Source: Candidatus Peribacteria bacterium
GTDB lineage: Bacteria; Patescibacteriota; Gracilibacteria; Peribacterales; Peribacteraceae
DNA: 64,000 nucleotides
Assembly (NCBI GenBank): GCA_041691135.1
Contig: JBEPVF010000002.1
Location: forward strand, 128,001-192,000
Direction: 5' to 3'
Shown here: piece by piece, positions 8,616 through 19,127 of the stretch
Layout of the letters: each line of letters opens with the position of its first letter
Numbering within the stretch: position 1 is the first letter of the stretch
The notes under the pieces: generated by a model
Database searches by the model: none
What the model saw: the letters and a program-made list of their open reading frames with translations, nothing else
Told to the model about the DNA's origin: nothing
Made by a program: the position numbers and the translations under genes

Positions 8616-11600
8616 ATGGCAGACAGTTTATTGATGCTTTTGAAGCAAACTGAGGCAGCCGAAGATAATGCGCTTTTGCAGAAGGTGAGAGCCATGAACA
8701 AGTGTGCAAAGGCTGATGCCGCAGTCGCAGGAGAGATTGCTTCTTTGGCGGAAAGATTACGTGATGCAATTGATGGAGGAAAAACTAGAAGTATTCAAAC
8801 TGCAATTGCTGAAATTAGAAAAGCAACAGAACAGATTATTTTAGCAGAATCTGATACTGGAAATCGCGAACCCGCTCTACCAAAACCAACAGAACAACAT
8901 CGAAGAGAAGCAATGGGATTTCCCCCTTTACCCGAACCGCCAGATTTAACCCCTGAAATGGCTCGAGCTTTTATAAAAGCTTGTAACGGAAAGTTAAAAT
9001 CTCCTGACTCTGAGCCCCGCATTGTAAGTGTCGGAAAATTAAAGTACGAAACTACAAAAACAGGATTTCTTAGTCTCGTTGGCCGTCATACTTTTGGAAA
9101 AAGTGGCTATTGCACTGCTGCTGTTCGCTATATAGAAATTATTGCAGAAGGCAAAACACATGTAGAGGCTAAACAACTTGCCGAGAAAGAAACTATCTTA
9201 AAGCCTTCTAAACTACCGAATCCGCCACATCTTACATCCGCAATGGCTCAAGCTCTTATAGCAACTTGTGATGGTAAATTAAGTTCAAAAGATGCAAAGC
9301 CACGAACTATTGTTATAGGTGAAAAAACATTCGAAGATAAAACACGAGCAATCATTATGCGAATTGGCTATAACGTTTTTGATGATATCAAAGCGTTTGC
9401 TCTTTCAATTCGCTACATTGAACTTTTGGCATCAGGTAAAAGTCATGCCGAGGCAAAGGCTATGACGAAAAAGGAGGACAATGCCATATTTCCAGTTCTC
9501 CCTAATCCACCAGATCTTACAGCTGCAATGGCCAAAGCCATTATTACAGCTCACGATGGAAAATTGCGCTCCTATGGCAGAGAGCCAAAAGTTATTTCTG
9601 TAGATGGACAAAAATATGAAGATAACCAAATGGCTTTAATTGGCCGTGTCAGTTACCACTTATTTGGAAAAGGTGGCATCAAATGGGGCCCTTCAATTCA
9701 TTATATTGAATTACTAGCGGAGGATAAATCACATGAAGAAGCTCACGATATAGTAATGGCTGACTCTATATCAGAAGAGACTGATCATCCGTCTTTGCCT
9801 AACCCTCCTTTATTTACAACGCAAATTGCAAAAAGTCTACTCACTGCTTGTAAGCGAGAATTAAGTTCAAAGGATTCAAAAAATCGAATAATTACTATTG
9901 GCCGTCAAAAATATCAAGATTCTGTGCGTTCAATATTGAGACGTATTGGATTAAATGTTTTCAATAACTTAAATGCTTTTACTTTATCGATCAGATATAT
10001 AGAGCTTATTGCCGAGGAGAAAACACATTTTGAAGCAAAACTGCTTGCAGAGACTGGAAATGAAGCCGAAGAAGATTATGAATTTGAACAACTTTCAAAG
10101 CTCAATCTAGGAGAGGTCATTTCCTTCTTTCGCTCTCAGGAAGGTGGCGATGCAAAATTAAAAATCTATCTCATGTTTGCACGTGGCTACAACGAAACTC
10201 AGGCAAATAAAATTGTGACTACTACCTTTAAAGCTTTGTATGGCTCAGGCTTGTACCGCAAAGAAGATGAATATCTCACATGGCCCGTCGATATGCCTCA
10301 GCCAAAACTATCTGTTGCTATTCCTCTTCAAACAGAAGGAACAACTATTACTCTGGCAGGTATTGCTCCTGAGTCTGAATGCGTTTTTATAAGTGGTCCT
10401 ATTAACTGTCGGAAGAAAATAGAGCCCGATGGTACGTTTAGTCTTCCTGTACCCTTGGCCATTGGCGAAACAAATGAGATTCGCATTATGAGCATTGATC
10501 GAACAAATAAGAGACGAAGTATGCAGAAAACTTTTGTCATCACTCAAGAAGGAGAAGTGGATGATACGGAAGAGCTCATTCGCTTACTAAGTGAACTGGG
10601 CGGACAATTGACGAAGCAAATACGCGAAGATCCGGGTAGACAGGAGTTCTTAGCCGAATGCATGGAACGGTTGCTCATTAAGAAGTTCAGCAAATCCTTT
10701 GAGGATGGTAAGCGATATACCCAAGAGCAACTTACAAAGGTCAAGCATCCTGAGCTGAAAAACATTATTCGGCGCGTTCTCGAGAACTTCCGCTGGATTG
10801 AAGAAATGAGTTTCCCGAATGTTCAAGAAGGTGAACTCATGTTCTTTCAAAAGTACTGCGTATATCGATTGCGCAAAGCGATCGATGATCCGCGTATGGA
10901 AGGTATCAATCTATGTAACGATCCGGGCCTCGGTAAGACACGCACAATCCTTGCAGCTGTTGCAGATCAAGATGCATCAATCTTCACGCACAACGCAGTG
11001 GTGAGCACGTGGAAAGAGGAAGCAGAAAAAGTATTGATCGATCCGGATCTGCTAGTTCTGAGAGATGATCATAAAGACAGGAAGAGACAGCTACGCGGCA
11101 GCCTTCATGAACGACGAGTAACAAATGTAGAGTTTTTGCGCAAAGTCGAAGACAAAGAAAGATTCGGATTAATCAGTTCTGATCAAACTGTTGTAGTGCA
11201 TGACGAAGCGCATAGTCGTAAGAATGAACATAGCGAGCAAAGCAAAGGAGCAAAAATGTTGCCTCACCGCTTTGTCATCAATGTGACCGCAACTCTTGCC
11301 CGTAATCCAACAGAATTGCGGCGCATGTTGCACACTGTTGATCCTGAAAGAAAAGAATTCAAATCCGATGAAGCATTCCGCAGAGCATTCCCTATGAGAG
11401 ACGCGCGGGCTGCCAGACAGTTAAAGTTAATCTTAGATCAATACACGATTCGTTTCCGTAAGCATGAAGTGTTGGAGGAAATTGATCCGAAGTTACCTTT
11501 AGAAGATCAACTACATCGCCTTCCACGCAAAGAACATATTTCGCCAAAAGTAATTGGTAACTTTGAGATGACCGAAGAGCAGGCGGATTCCATTTATCAA

Positions 11601-12587
11601 ATGTTCGTCAATTGGCCAGCATGGACCAAAAAGTATGGCAAATATATTCCGAAAGATGACGTGCATCAGGAAGATGGACTGCGCACCAATAGTAGAGAAG
11701 GGTTTGCGAAAATTCATGCCTATAGGCAAGTCATCAATAATCCAGGTTTCGCGGGCGTGCAAACAAATGAGGATCCAAAGGCATGGCAGATGCAACGGAT
11801 TGTTCGCAAGTGCTTTGTAGAAAATAGGAAGGTTGTGATCTTCTGTAAATATCAGGCGCAAGCAGAAAAGTATGCAGAGCTTTTCCGAAAATATAAGCCT
11901 GCTTTATACACAGGCCAAACGTCGAAAAAAGGAACTATCAGAAATCAAAGAACAGGAAAGCCAGCATGCTTTTCCAATGAGTTTGATGAAAACGGCTATC
12001 CCATCGAAGATGCGGAAGGCGCAGAAATGAGCCATTTGGATTATGAAAGGCGGACGTTCCAAAATGCTAATGAGCGTAAAATAATTATTGCTACATATTC
12101 GGCTGGATCCGTCGGAACCACTTTCACGGCAGGTAAGGTTATTATTTACGATGATCTCCCAACTGATTGTAAAGAAGACATTCAAGCTGAAGATCGTATT
12201 CACCGTATTGATCCAAATCGTCAGACTCACGCCACGGTTCAGTATTATCAAATGCAAAGCCGCTACCCAAGAAGTTTTCTTGAACGAATGAAAACCAAGT
12301 GGGTTCGACGCAACCGTGTCACTGGTACATGGGATGAATATAAAGGGAAATCCAGACCGAAGGATGACGATCTTAACAATCCTTGGTTCACTGCTCATGA
12401 AGCTTTTTTTGAGCAAGGAACGTATGACAAAGTTCAAAGTAGAAATCTAAAGGGGCAACGCACTATGTTCCACCTAATTAATGACGGGATTGCCGATGAA
12501 TCAACTCTCAGTGAAAATGATATTCAATTTAGCCTCTTCGCTGATGAAATTGAGAGAACTGGAACGCTAACGCCAAAGAAGAAATAG
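8616..12587 (+). CDS. SNF2-family ATPase/helicase with four N-terminal ~95-aa repeats and an Ig-like domain
   Basis: Motif I NDPGLGKT, II HDEAH, III TAT, IV KVVIFCKY, V ATYSAGSVGTTFT, VI QAEDRIHRI; repeats start at 8928, 9213, 9498, 9795. Confidence 0.88.
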   Translation: MADSLLMLLKQTEAAEDNALLQKVRAMNKCAKADAAVAGEIASLAERLRDAIDGGKTRSIQTAIAEIRKATEQIILAESDTGNREPALPKPTEQHRREAMGFPPLPEPPDLTPEMARAFIKACNGKLKSPDSEPRIVSVGKLKYETTKTGFLSLVGRHTFGKSGYCTAAVRYIEIIAEGKTHVEAKQLAEKETILKPSKLPNPPHLTSAMAQALIATCDGKLSSKDAKPRTIVIGEKTFEDKTRAIIMRIGYNVFDDIKAFALSIRYIELLASGKSHAEAKAMTKKEDNAIFPVLPNPPDLTAAMAKAIITAHDGKLRSYGREPKVISVDGQKYEDNQMALIGRVSYHLFGKGGIKWGPSIHYIELLAEDKSHEEAHDIVMADSISEETDHPSLPNPPLFTTQIAKSLLTACKRELSSKDSKNRIITIGRQKYQDSVRSILRRIGLNVFNNLNAFTLSIRYIELIAEEKTHFEAKLLAETGNEAEEDYEFEQLSKLNLGEVISFFRSQEGGDAKLKIYLMFARGYNETQANKIVTTTFKALYGSGLYRKEDEYLTWPVDMPQPKLSVAIPLQTEGTTITLAGIAPESECVFISGPINCRKKIEPDGTFSLPVPLAIGETNEIRIMSIDRTNKRRSMQKTFVITQEGEVDDTEELIRLLSELGGQLTKQIREDPGRQEFLAECMERLLIKKFSKSFEDGKRYTQEQLTKVKHPELKNIIRRVLENFRWIEEMSFPNVQEGELMFFQKYCVYRLRKAIDDPRMEGINLCNDPGLGKTRTILAAVADQDASIFTHNAVVSTWKEEAEKVLIDPDLLVLRDDHKDRKRQLRGSLHERRVTNVEFLRKVEDKERFGLISSDQTVVVHDEAHSRKNEHSEQSKGAKMLPHRFVINVTATLARNPTELRRMLHTVDPERKEFKSDEAFRRAFPMRDARAARQLKLILDQYTIRFRKHEVLEEIDPKLPLEDQLHRLPRKEHISPKVIGNFEMTEEQADSIYQMFVNWPAWTKKYGKYIPKDDVHQEDGLRTNSREGFAKIHAYRQVINNPGFAGVQTNEDPKAWQMQRIVRKCFVENRKVVIFCKYQAQAEKYAELFRKYKPALYTGQTSKKGTIRNQRTGKPACFSNEFDENGYPIEDAEGAEMSHLDYERRTFQNANERKIIIATYSAGSVGTTFTAGKVIIYDDLPTDCKEDIQAEDRIHRIDPNRQTHATVQYYQMQSRYPRSFLERMKTKWVRRNRVTGTWDEYKGKSRPKDDDLNNPWFTAHEAFFEQGTYDKVQSRNLKGQRTMFHLINDGIADESTLSENDIQFSLFADEIERTGTLTPKKK

Positions 12588-12745
12588 ATACGACTTCACC
12601 ATGGCACTCGCATGTCATTTTTAACAAAACCGATCAATCTACAATCGCTTAAAACCCCTTCTGAAAGAGAGAAAACGCCAGCTCCATCCGCCTCCAAGTA
12701 TCAGTAATCTCGGTTCGTACTTCGTACAGAGATGAGAGCCACTTA

Positions 12746-12773
12746 TTGACTTAATCAAAATTTAATTTAAAAT
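12746..12773 (+). promoter_or_regulatory. Sigma70-type promoter, near-leaderless start
   Basis: TTGACT-16-TAAAAT, ATG 8 nt downstream. Confidence 0.6.
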
Positions 12774-12781
12774 ATACAAAC

Positions 12782-15700
12782 ATGAAAAAAAATGTCCCTC
12801 CAGAAGGCAATTCAGAACCAATTCCTATTGAACAGGAATTACTTACTCCAGACTTTATCCATGCCATCGAAACGAGCACAGGGAAAAAAATTCAAGGAAT
12901 GACAACAGTTGATGCGACAAAATTTGAATTAATATTTGGAAGCGAGAAATTTGTGGATTCGGTTAGTAATTTTTTTCGTAGATTAGCTAGAAAACTTTTC
13001 TCTGATGGCAGCGCAGAAATGGCAAGAACATACTTAACACTTGTACGCGACGGTTTAGATCCAGCGATCGCTATTAAACAAATCCGTGAGCGACCTGAGA
13101 CGCATAGTACAAGAAAAGCAATTGAGAAAACCTTAAAAGGAAAAACAATACCTCCTGATCCTGCTTCATTTACGCCTAATGTCCTGCAGCAGGCCGAAGA
13201 TCAAATAGGCTTGTCCATAGCAGAAATAAGCGTAAGAGACAGCACTGAATTTACAGTCCAGATTGGCACTGCAATCTATACAGATAGGCCAAGTAGTCTC
13301 TTCCAAAGAATTGCAGGCGCTTTTTTTGAATCTCGCAAAGAATGTGCAAAAGCCAAGCACTATCTTGTTGAAAGAAAAAAAGGAAAGTCACATGAGGAAG
13401 CACTCGCCACAATTACAATTCAGGACCAGGAAAAGCCAAAGACCTTCCCAACAAATCCATCAGAAATAAGCGTGCCACTCATCATTGCTATCGAAGAAAG
13501 GTTGGGGAAGATTGAAAATATTAGAGTTGATGATACCACTGAGTTGGAAATTGTTTTAGAGGGACAAGTATATAAAGATAAATTTAATTTATTTTTGCAG
13601 AGGCTCTCGCGAAAGTTGTTTTCGACTCACCTTCAATTTGCTCGGACAAAACAATACTTGGTACTAATCAGAGATGGCCAAGCTCCAATAATAGAAACAG
13701 ATGCAAAGACAGGTCGTAGCGAAGCAGAACCGAAAAGAGGAATTCCTGTTGATAGCAAAGTATTTACTACACATTTTATTTCAGAACTTGAAATTGCAAT
13801 AGGTAAAACAATAGAAGATCTCGATGTAACAGATAACATAGATATTATTATCCGTATAGATGACGAACTGTGTACTGACAAAGTAAACAATTTCCTTTCG
13901 AGGATAAGCGCACAATTTTTTGGAGTGAGGACTCAAGGCCTAAAAGCCAAAAGATATTTGGTCCGCAGGAAAATGGGTGATTCTCATCAGGAAGCGTTGG
14001 AACAAGCTCAAACAGTCCTTCAACCTATTCCTATTACCCCAAACTTTATTTCAGTGGATCTTGTGCGCGCCATTGAAACAGTTTGTCAAAAATCTATTGA
14101 TGAAATGAGCAGTGAGGATAATGCCTATTTTATTGTCACCGTTGGAGCCCAAGAATACAAAGATACACCGATGAATATTTTTACTAGGATTGCCAGAAAG
14201 TTTTTCGGAAGTCAAGAAAGAGATAAAGGCAGAAAATATCTAAAATTTCGTAAAGAGGGCTTAGAGCACGATTTGGCCATTGAAGCTGCTACAAATAGCG
14301 ATGATGCCCACATAGAAATTGGACTTGAACGTTTAGAAAAATTGCAATTGGAGGATGCTATTGCCCTCTTTCAGAACGACCCTCTAAAACTGAGATTGTA
14401 CATTCAGTTCGCCCACCCAGAGCTTTCAGAAGAAGAAATAGATCGCCTCGTTATGCACTCGTTCCGGGGTCTTATCTGTGTAACCACCATAACAAAGGAA
14501 GAAGAATATCTGACCTATGATGTTAAATTACCAAAAATAAGAATTGAAGGGACTCCAGAAGAGACAATGGAAGAAGCTATCACTATTACAGGACGCGCAC
14601 CTAAGGCTGATGCCGTCTACATTGCAGGTGTGTGGAACAGGCGAGTGAAAGTTTCTGATGATGGAACTTTTAGCGTCCGTGTTCCTTTGAAAATCGGTCA
14701 AGAGAATGAAATTCGGATTATGGCCATTAATCGTGAAAAGAAAATTCGAAGTGATAGACATATTTTCATTGTTGAGCAGAAAGGAGAGCCGGATGATATA
14801 GAGGCTCTTATTCGCACACTTTGCGGACTCGGACGCGATACCCTCGCAGCAATCCGCCGCGACCCTGGACGACAAGAACTTCTCGTGGAATACACCGAGC
14901 AATTCCTTATCAAAAAATTCACTCACTCATTTAAGGAAGGAGTACGTTATGTAGAACAACTAATAAAACAGAATCCTACGCCAGCTATTCAATCTATCCT
15001 TCGAACAGTTCTTGCCAATTTTAGAAAAATTCAAACTGCCGAGTATCCCAACATCCGTCCAGAGAGCCCAATGTACTTCTTCCAAAAGTTCTGCGAGGCG
15101 CGGATACAGAAGGCGATCGACGCTGGAGAGCCAGGTATCATTCTCGCTAATGACCCTGGGCTTGGAAAAACCAGAAACGCATGGGCTGCCGTCGACCGCC
15201 ATAAGGCTCTTATTGTTGCACCTAATAGCGTTGTGAGTCCATGGGGCGAGGAAGCGGCTAAGTTTTTAAAGCGATCAGATATCCTCACGCTCCAGAACTT
15301 GCCCTATCCTGAACGAGAGGAACTATTGCGCACAAGCAATGCACGCCATCGGGTTACCAATATTGAATTCGTGCGAGACGTTGAGAATGATGAGCGCTTC
15401 AATCTCCTGTCAGATGAAGATACTGTTATTGTTCACGATGAAGCGCATAGTAGAACGAACCTCAAAAGCCAGCAGACAAGAGGCATGCGCAAGCTGCGAG
15501 GGAAGTTTCTATTACTTCTTACTGCAACACCCGCAAAGAACTCCAAGACATTCCGGCGCATGATGCACAGTGTAGAGCCGGATAATCCTGTTTATACAAA
15601 TGATGCCGCTTTTGAGCGAGCTTTCCCTACTCGAGATCCGCAAGCACTACGAACTCTTAGTCTCATTAAGAGGAAGAGAACCATTCGTTTCCGCAAGCAG

Positions 15701-16776
15701 GACGTGCTGGAAGAAATGGACGCCTCAAAGCCGCTTTCCGAACAACTCAACAGATTGCCAAGAAAAGAATTTGTACCGCCCCAAGAGCTAGGAGAGTTTA
15801 CGATGCATGAGCAACAAGCATGGGCAATTTATGAAATGTTCCTCAACTGGGACGAATGGTCAGAAAAATATAATAAGTACTCTTGCCGAAAGATGAAGTT
15901 GCCAGGGCGGATAAGCTACGCAAAGGCGATGGTTTTTCCAAGAAACATGCGCTTCGACAAATTGTAAATAATCCCGACTATATTGGTTTGCCAGAGTTAA
16001 AAGACAGGAAAGCAGCAGCAGCGAAGCGCGCAGTTAAAGAGTCGCTTAGCGAGAACAGGCCGGTTGTCATCTTTTGCAAATACAACGCACAGGCAAAAAA
16101 GTATGCTGAGATGTTCGCACAGTATAATCCTGCCATTTACACTGGTATGACAAGCGATGAAGGCGTGAAGCGCAATGAGCGCAGGAAACCTATTCGCTAT
16201 CGGAAGAATGAGGAGGGAGGTTGGGAATTTGATGAAAAAGGTTATCCAATTGAAGATCCAAAAGGTCAGCCGATGCTTGCGCTCGACTACGAACGTTTGA
16301 CCTTTCAGCATGCAGCAGATAGAAAAGTTATTATTGCAACCTACTCAGCTGGTGCAGTCGGCACCACGTTCACCAAAGGAAAAACCGTCATCGAAGATGA
16401 TCTAGCAGAAGATTGCATTGAGGAAATTCAGATGGAAGACAGAACGCACCGTATCGACCATGAGCATCAGACACATCACACTGTAAAGTATTATAAGATG
16501 ATAAGTAGGTATCCAAAAAAGTTTCTCGCAGAGATGGAAAGGCGATGGGTTCGCCGGACACCAAATGGTTGGTACGAAGAAGTATTTGATCGAGAGACTG
16601 CCGAAGAAGAAGGATTATCTACTGCTTTTGAAACATTTTTCGAACAGGGCACATACGACGAGGTGAAAATAAAAAACCTCCAAGTTCAAAGGCATATGTT
16701 TCACCTCGTGAATGATGGCATTGCCGATGATAATATTCTTAATGAGGGACAGCTGCCTTTCCAGGGAATTGACTAA
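12782..16776 (+). pseudogene. Second SNF2-family ATPase with five N-terminal repeats and an Ig-like domain; frameshift at ~15881 (real or assembly error)
   Basis: ORF 12782-15967 has NDPGLGKT, HDEAH, LTATP; ORF 15883-16776 has VVIFCKY, ATYSAGAVGTTFT, QMEDRTHRI; collinear with the first paralog across KYNKY|LPKDEV vs KYGKYIPKDDV. Confidence 0.85.
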
Positions 16777-16778
16777 GT

Positions 16779-17727
16779 ATGGCAACAAGAAAGATCCACC
16801 AGCGGGAAAAACCAAACGCAGATGCGGCGTCACTCATTCATACTTGGCTATCACAATATAATCAGGAAAATACACGCAAAGCATACGAAGCGGATTTTGC
16901 ACAGCTTGCAATATTTACTGGATACGTTGGAGACATGATGAATGGGATCCTTCAGATCACACCAAGCGAGGTCATTGCCTGGATTGACCATCTTAAAGAA
17001 TGTAAAACTTCAGAAGCTTCTATTGCACGAAAGCTTTCCTGCGTACGGTCTTTTTTGATCATGTCGTGAGAGCGGAGTCCGCGAAGTGAACCCGGCCAGT
17101 AGCCATTTCATCGAATGCTCCTATTCAAAGAAAGTCATTAAGACACAGGCAATGACAGCAGAGATGTGCAGAAAACTCCTCGATGCACCAAGCCTAGAAA
17201 CACCTATTGGCATTCGTGATCGAGCCATTATAGGAATGTTTGCCTATACGGCATGCAAACTCTCTGAGCTCATTGGTATGAACGTGGGTGATTACAAAAA
17301 GAAAGAAGAGTCACAGATCGCGATCCGTCGCACAGTCAATACTGAGCGAGAACGGTTAGTTGGATTACATGAAGAAGCAACTGGCAGGCTAGAAGAATGG
17401 ATTGATGTAGCAGACATCGGCTCTGATAAAAATGGCCCCCTCTTCCGACCGAGTGAACATTTCCGCCACGTGCACAAGGGATTTATTCGAAAGAGAATGT
17501 CACGCGTGCCACTTCTTCTTATGCTCAAGAAGTACGGCGGTGAAACCGGGGTGCCAAATATTACATCGCAAATGTTCCGTGTCTCTGCTTTGCAGATGGC
17601 AATGAAGCAAAATATCGATCTTCTTACATTGCAAGAATTTGCTGGTCATGCGGATGTGGATTCTACAGAATCGTATGTAAAAGATTCAGCGAGGAGAGAA
17701 AGTCCATCGAAGAAAATCCAGTATTAA
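16779..17727 (+). pseudogene. Tyrosine recombinase (XerC/D-like), frameshifted at ~17051-17076, with atypical catalytic residues
   Basis: N-terminal core-binding domain (NTRKAYEAD...ASIARKLSCVRSF), then NPA, RDRAII, GPLF, QMFR, QEFAGH..ST..Y. Confidence 0.85.
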
Positions 17728-17884
17728 AGTGCATTAGGCAATCATAGATCCTCGTATGAACTCAGGTTACGTAAAACGTACATTTTTTACAGCCAAATAC
17801 ACTGTCCGCAGATCTAGAAGGAGCCAGGGCGGGGAGCCAAAATTTGCTTATTAAAGCCCTTTGAAATATTTACCTACTCGGCTT

Positions 17885-18592
17885 TCAGAGTTCCTGTCTG
17901 CTTGTGCGATGGTTCTGCAGGGTAAACCCCGCTGCAATGAGCCAGAGAAAACCCGGAAAGCGTGTGAGTGGAATCAGCAAGGACACCTGTGGGAGAACAA
18001 GGCTCAAGGTACTCAATTCACCGATGACCGCCAATACTAAACCACACACGCAAAGCCACTTGGGCAGAAGGCGGTAGAACAATGCGGGGACCGAGATTCC
18101 CGCAATCAGAAGTCCAAGCGCAACAGTGTAGCCGGGACCACCCGTCGCAAAGATGAGAGAATAGAGTGCTTGCACGAGCGGAACGTCCGCTGCGATACCG
18201 GACCGGGCCAGCGACCACTGCACGAGCGCGGATACCATGAGCAGGAAGGAAGCGGCGAACCCGCCAAAGAGTGCGATATCAATACCGGCCGCACGCACAC
18301 CCTGAAAACGAAGACGGCTCGTCATGGTGGCCGTATAGATGCCAAGGGGGATTGCCGAGCCGAATTGGAAGAACGCATTGAGCATCGCTTGCGTAGCATG
18401 TGTATTAAAGTACGCAGCCATTGCTTCCGGCGGCTGAAACGGTGTAGGGAAACCTCCGCCCCCAAGCGTCACAAACGCAAGTCCTGCGAGGAACAGGATG
18501 GTAAAGACCGTCGCAACAAGGCCGGGGTTTGGACCGGCATGACGGGGACCAATGACCAGAGTGCCGGATTCGGTAGTATTTGATGGAGTCAT
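17885..18592 (-). CDS. Membrane protein (DUF4386-like)
   Basis: About six TM segments; divergent from the MarR gene. Confidence 0.7.
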   Translation of the reverse strand: MTPSNTTESGTLVIGPRHAGPNPGLVATVFTILFLAGLAFVTLGGGGFPTPFQPPEAMAAYFNTHATQAMLNAFFQFGSAIPLGIYTATMTSRLRFQGVRAAGIDIALFGGFAASFLLMVSALVQWSLARSGIAADVPLVQALYSLIFATGGPGYTVALGLLIAGISVPALFYRLLPKWLCVCGLVLAVIGELSTLSLVLPQVSLLIPLTRFPGFLWLIAAGFTLQNHRTSRQEL

Positions 18593-18608
18593 GTCTTTAC
18601 ATTAATTT

Positions 18609-18632
18609 TATTAATTGTTAATGTCAATAATA
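18609..18632. promoter_or_regulatory. Probable MarR operator between divergent genes
   Basis: AT-rich imperfect inverted repeat ATTG-N7-CAAT in a 40-bp divergent gap. Confidence 0.4.
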
Positions 18633-19127
18633 ATGAAGCACGAATCTACTAAATCCAATGTGGCTTTCCTTCTGGCACAAATCGGTGCACACGCAGCCGA
18701 ACGTTTTGCAAAACATCTCTCGCCGCTCGGTCTAACTCCTCCACTCGCTGGAATCCTGCGTATCCTTGGCCGCCAGCCTGGCATAACGCAGCAGGCGCTC
18801 GCAGACTTGCTTGGTATGTTCCCAAGTCGTCTCGTGCTGCTACTGGATGACTTGGAAAAGCGAGGATTGGTGGAACGTCATGCAAGACCGGACAATCGTC
18901 GTTCCTTCGCTTTGCGTCTTACAGCTGCAGGGATCAGCACGCTTGAAGCCATAGGTCGCGTCGCTCGACAGCACGAGCAGACGCTGTGTGCGGGTCTGAA
19001 TGAATCTGAGCGAGTTCAACTTCGGGAGTACCTTGAGAAAATTGCCGCCCATGAGAATATTCGTCCGGGTATTCACCCTGGTTATCGAAAGAATACTGAG
19101 AACCAAGCTCACAGGAAGCACTCATAG
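18633..19127 (+). CDS. MarR-family transcriptional regulator
   Basis: GITQQALAD...LLDDLEKRGLVER...DNRRSFALRLT winged-helix signature. Confidence 0.93.
   Translation: MKHESTKSNVAFLLAQIGAHAAERFAKHLSPLGLTPPLAGILRILGRQPGITQQALADLLGMFPSRLVLLLDDLEKRGLVERHARPDNRRSFALRLTAAGISTLEAIGRVARQHEQTLCAGLNESERVQLREYLEKIAAHENIRPGIHPGYRKNTENQAHRKHS

Larger units (their letters stand above)
8551..17841. mobile_element. tRNA-Asn-integrated AT-rich island module (two SNF2-like ATPases plus tyrosine recombinase)
   Basis: Abrupt drop in GC right after the tRNA; GGGGAGCCAAA at 8551-8561 is repeated at 17831-17841 just beyond the recombinase gene. Confidence 0.75.

Noticed and set aside
15870-15900. Programmed ribosomal frameshift in ATPase 2
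   Set aside because: No X-XXY-YYZ slippery site or evident stimulator at the junction, and the paralog is continuous there
8616-16776. Assignment to DISARM, BREX, Zorya or a type I/III restriction system
   Set aside because: No methyltransferase, PLD, PglZ, ZorAB or specificity genes nearby, and the domain architecture does not match
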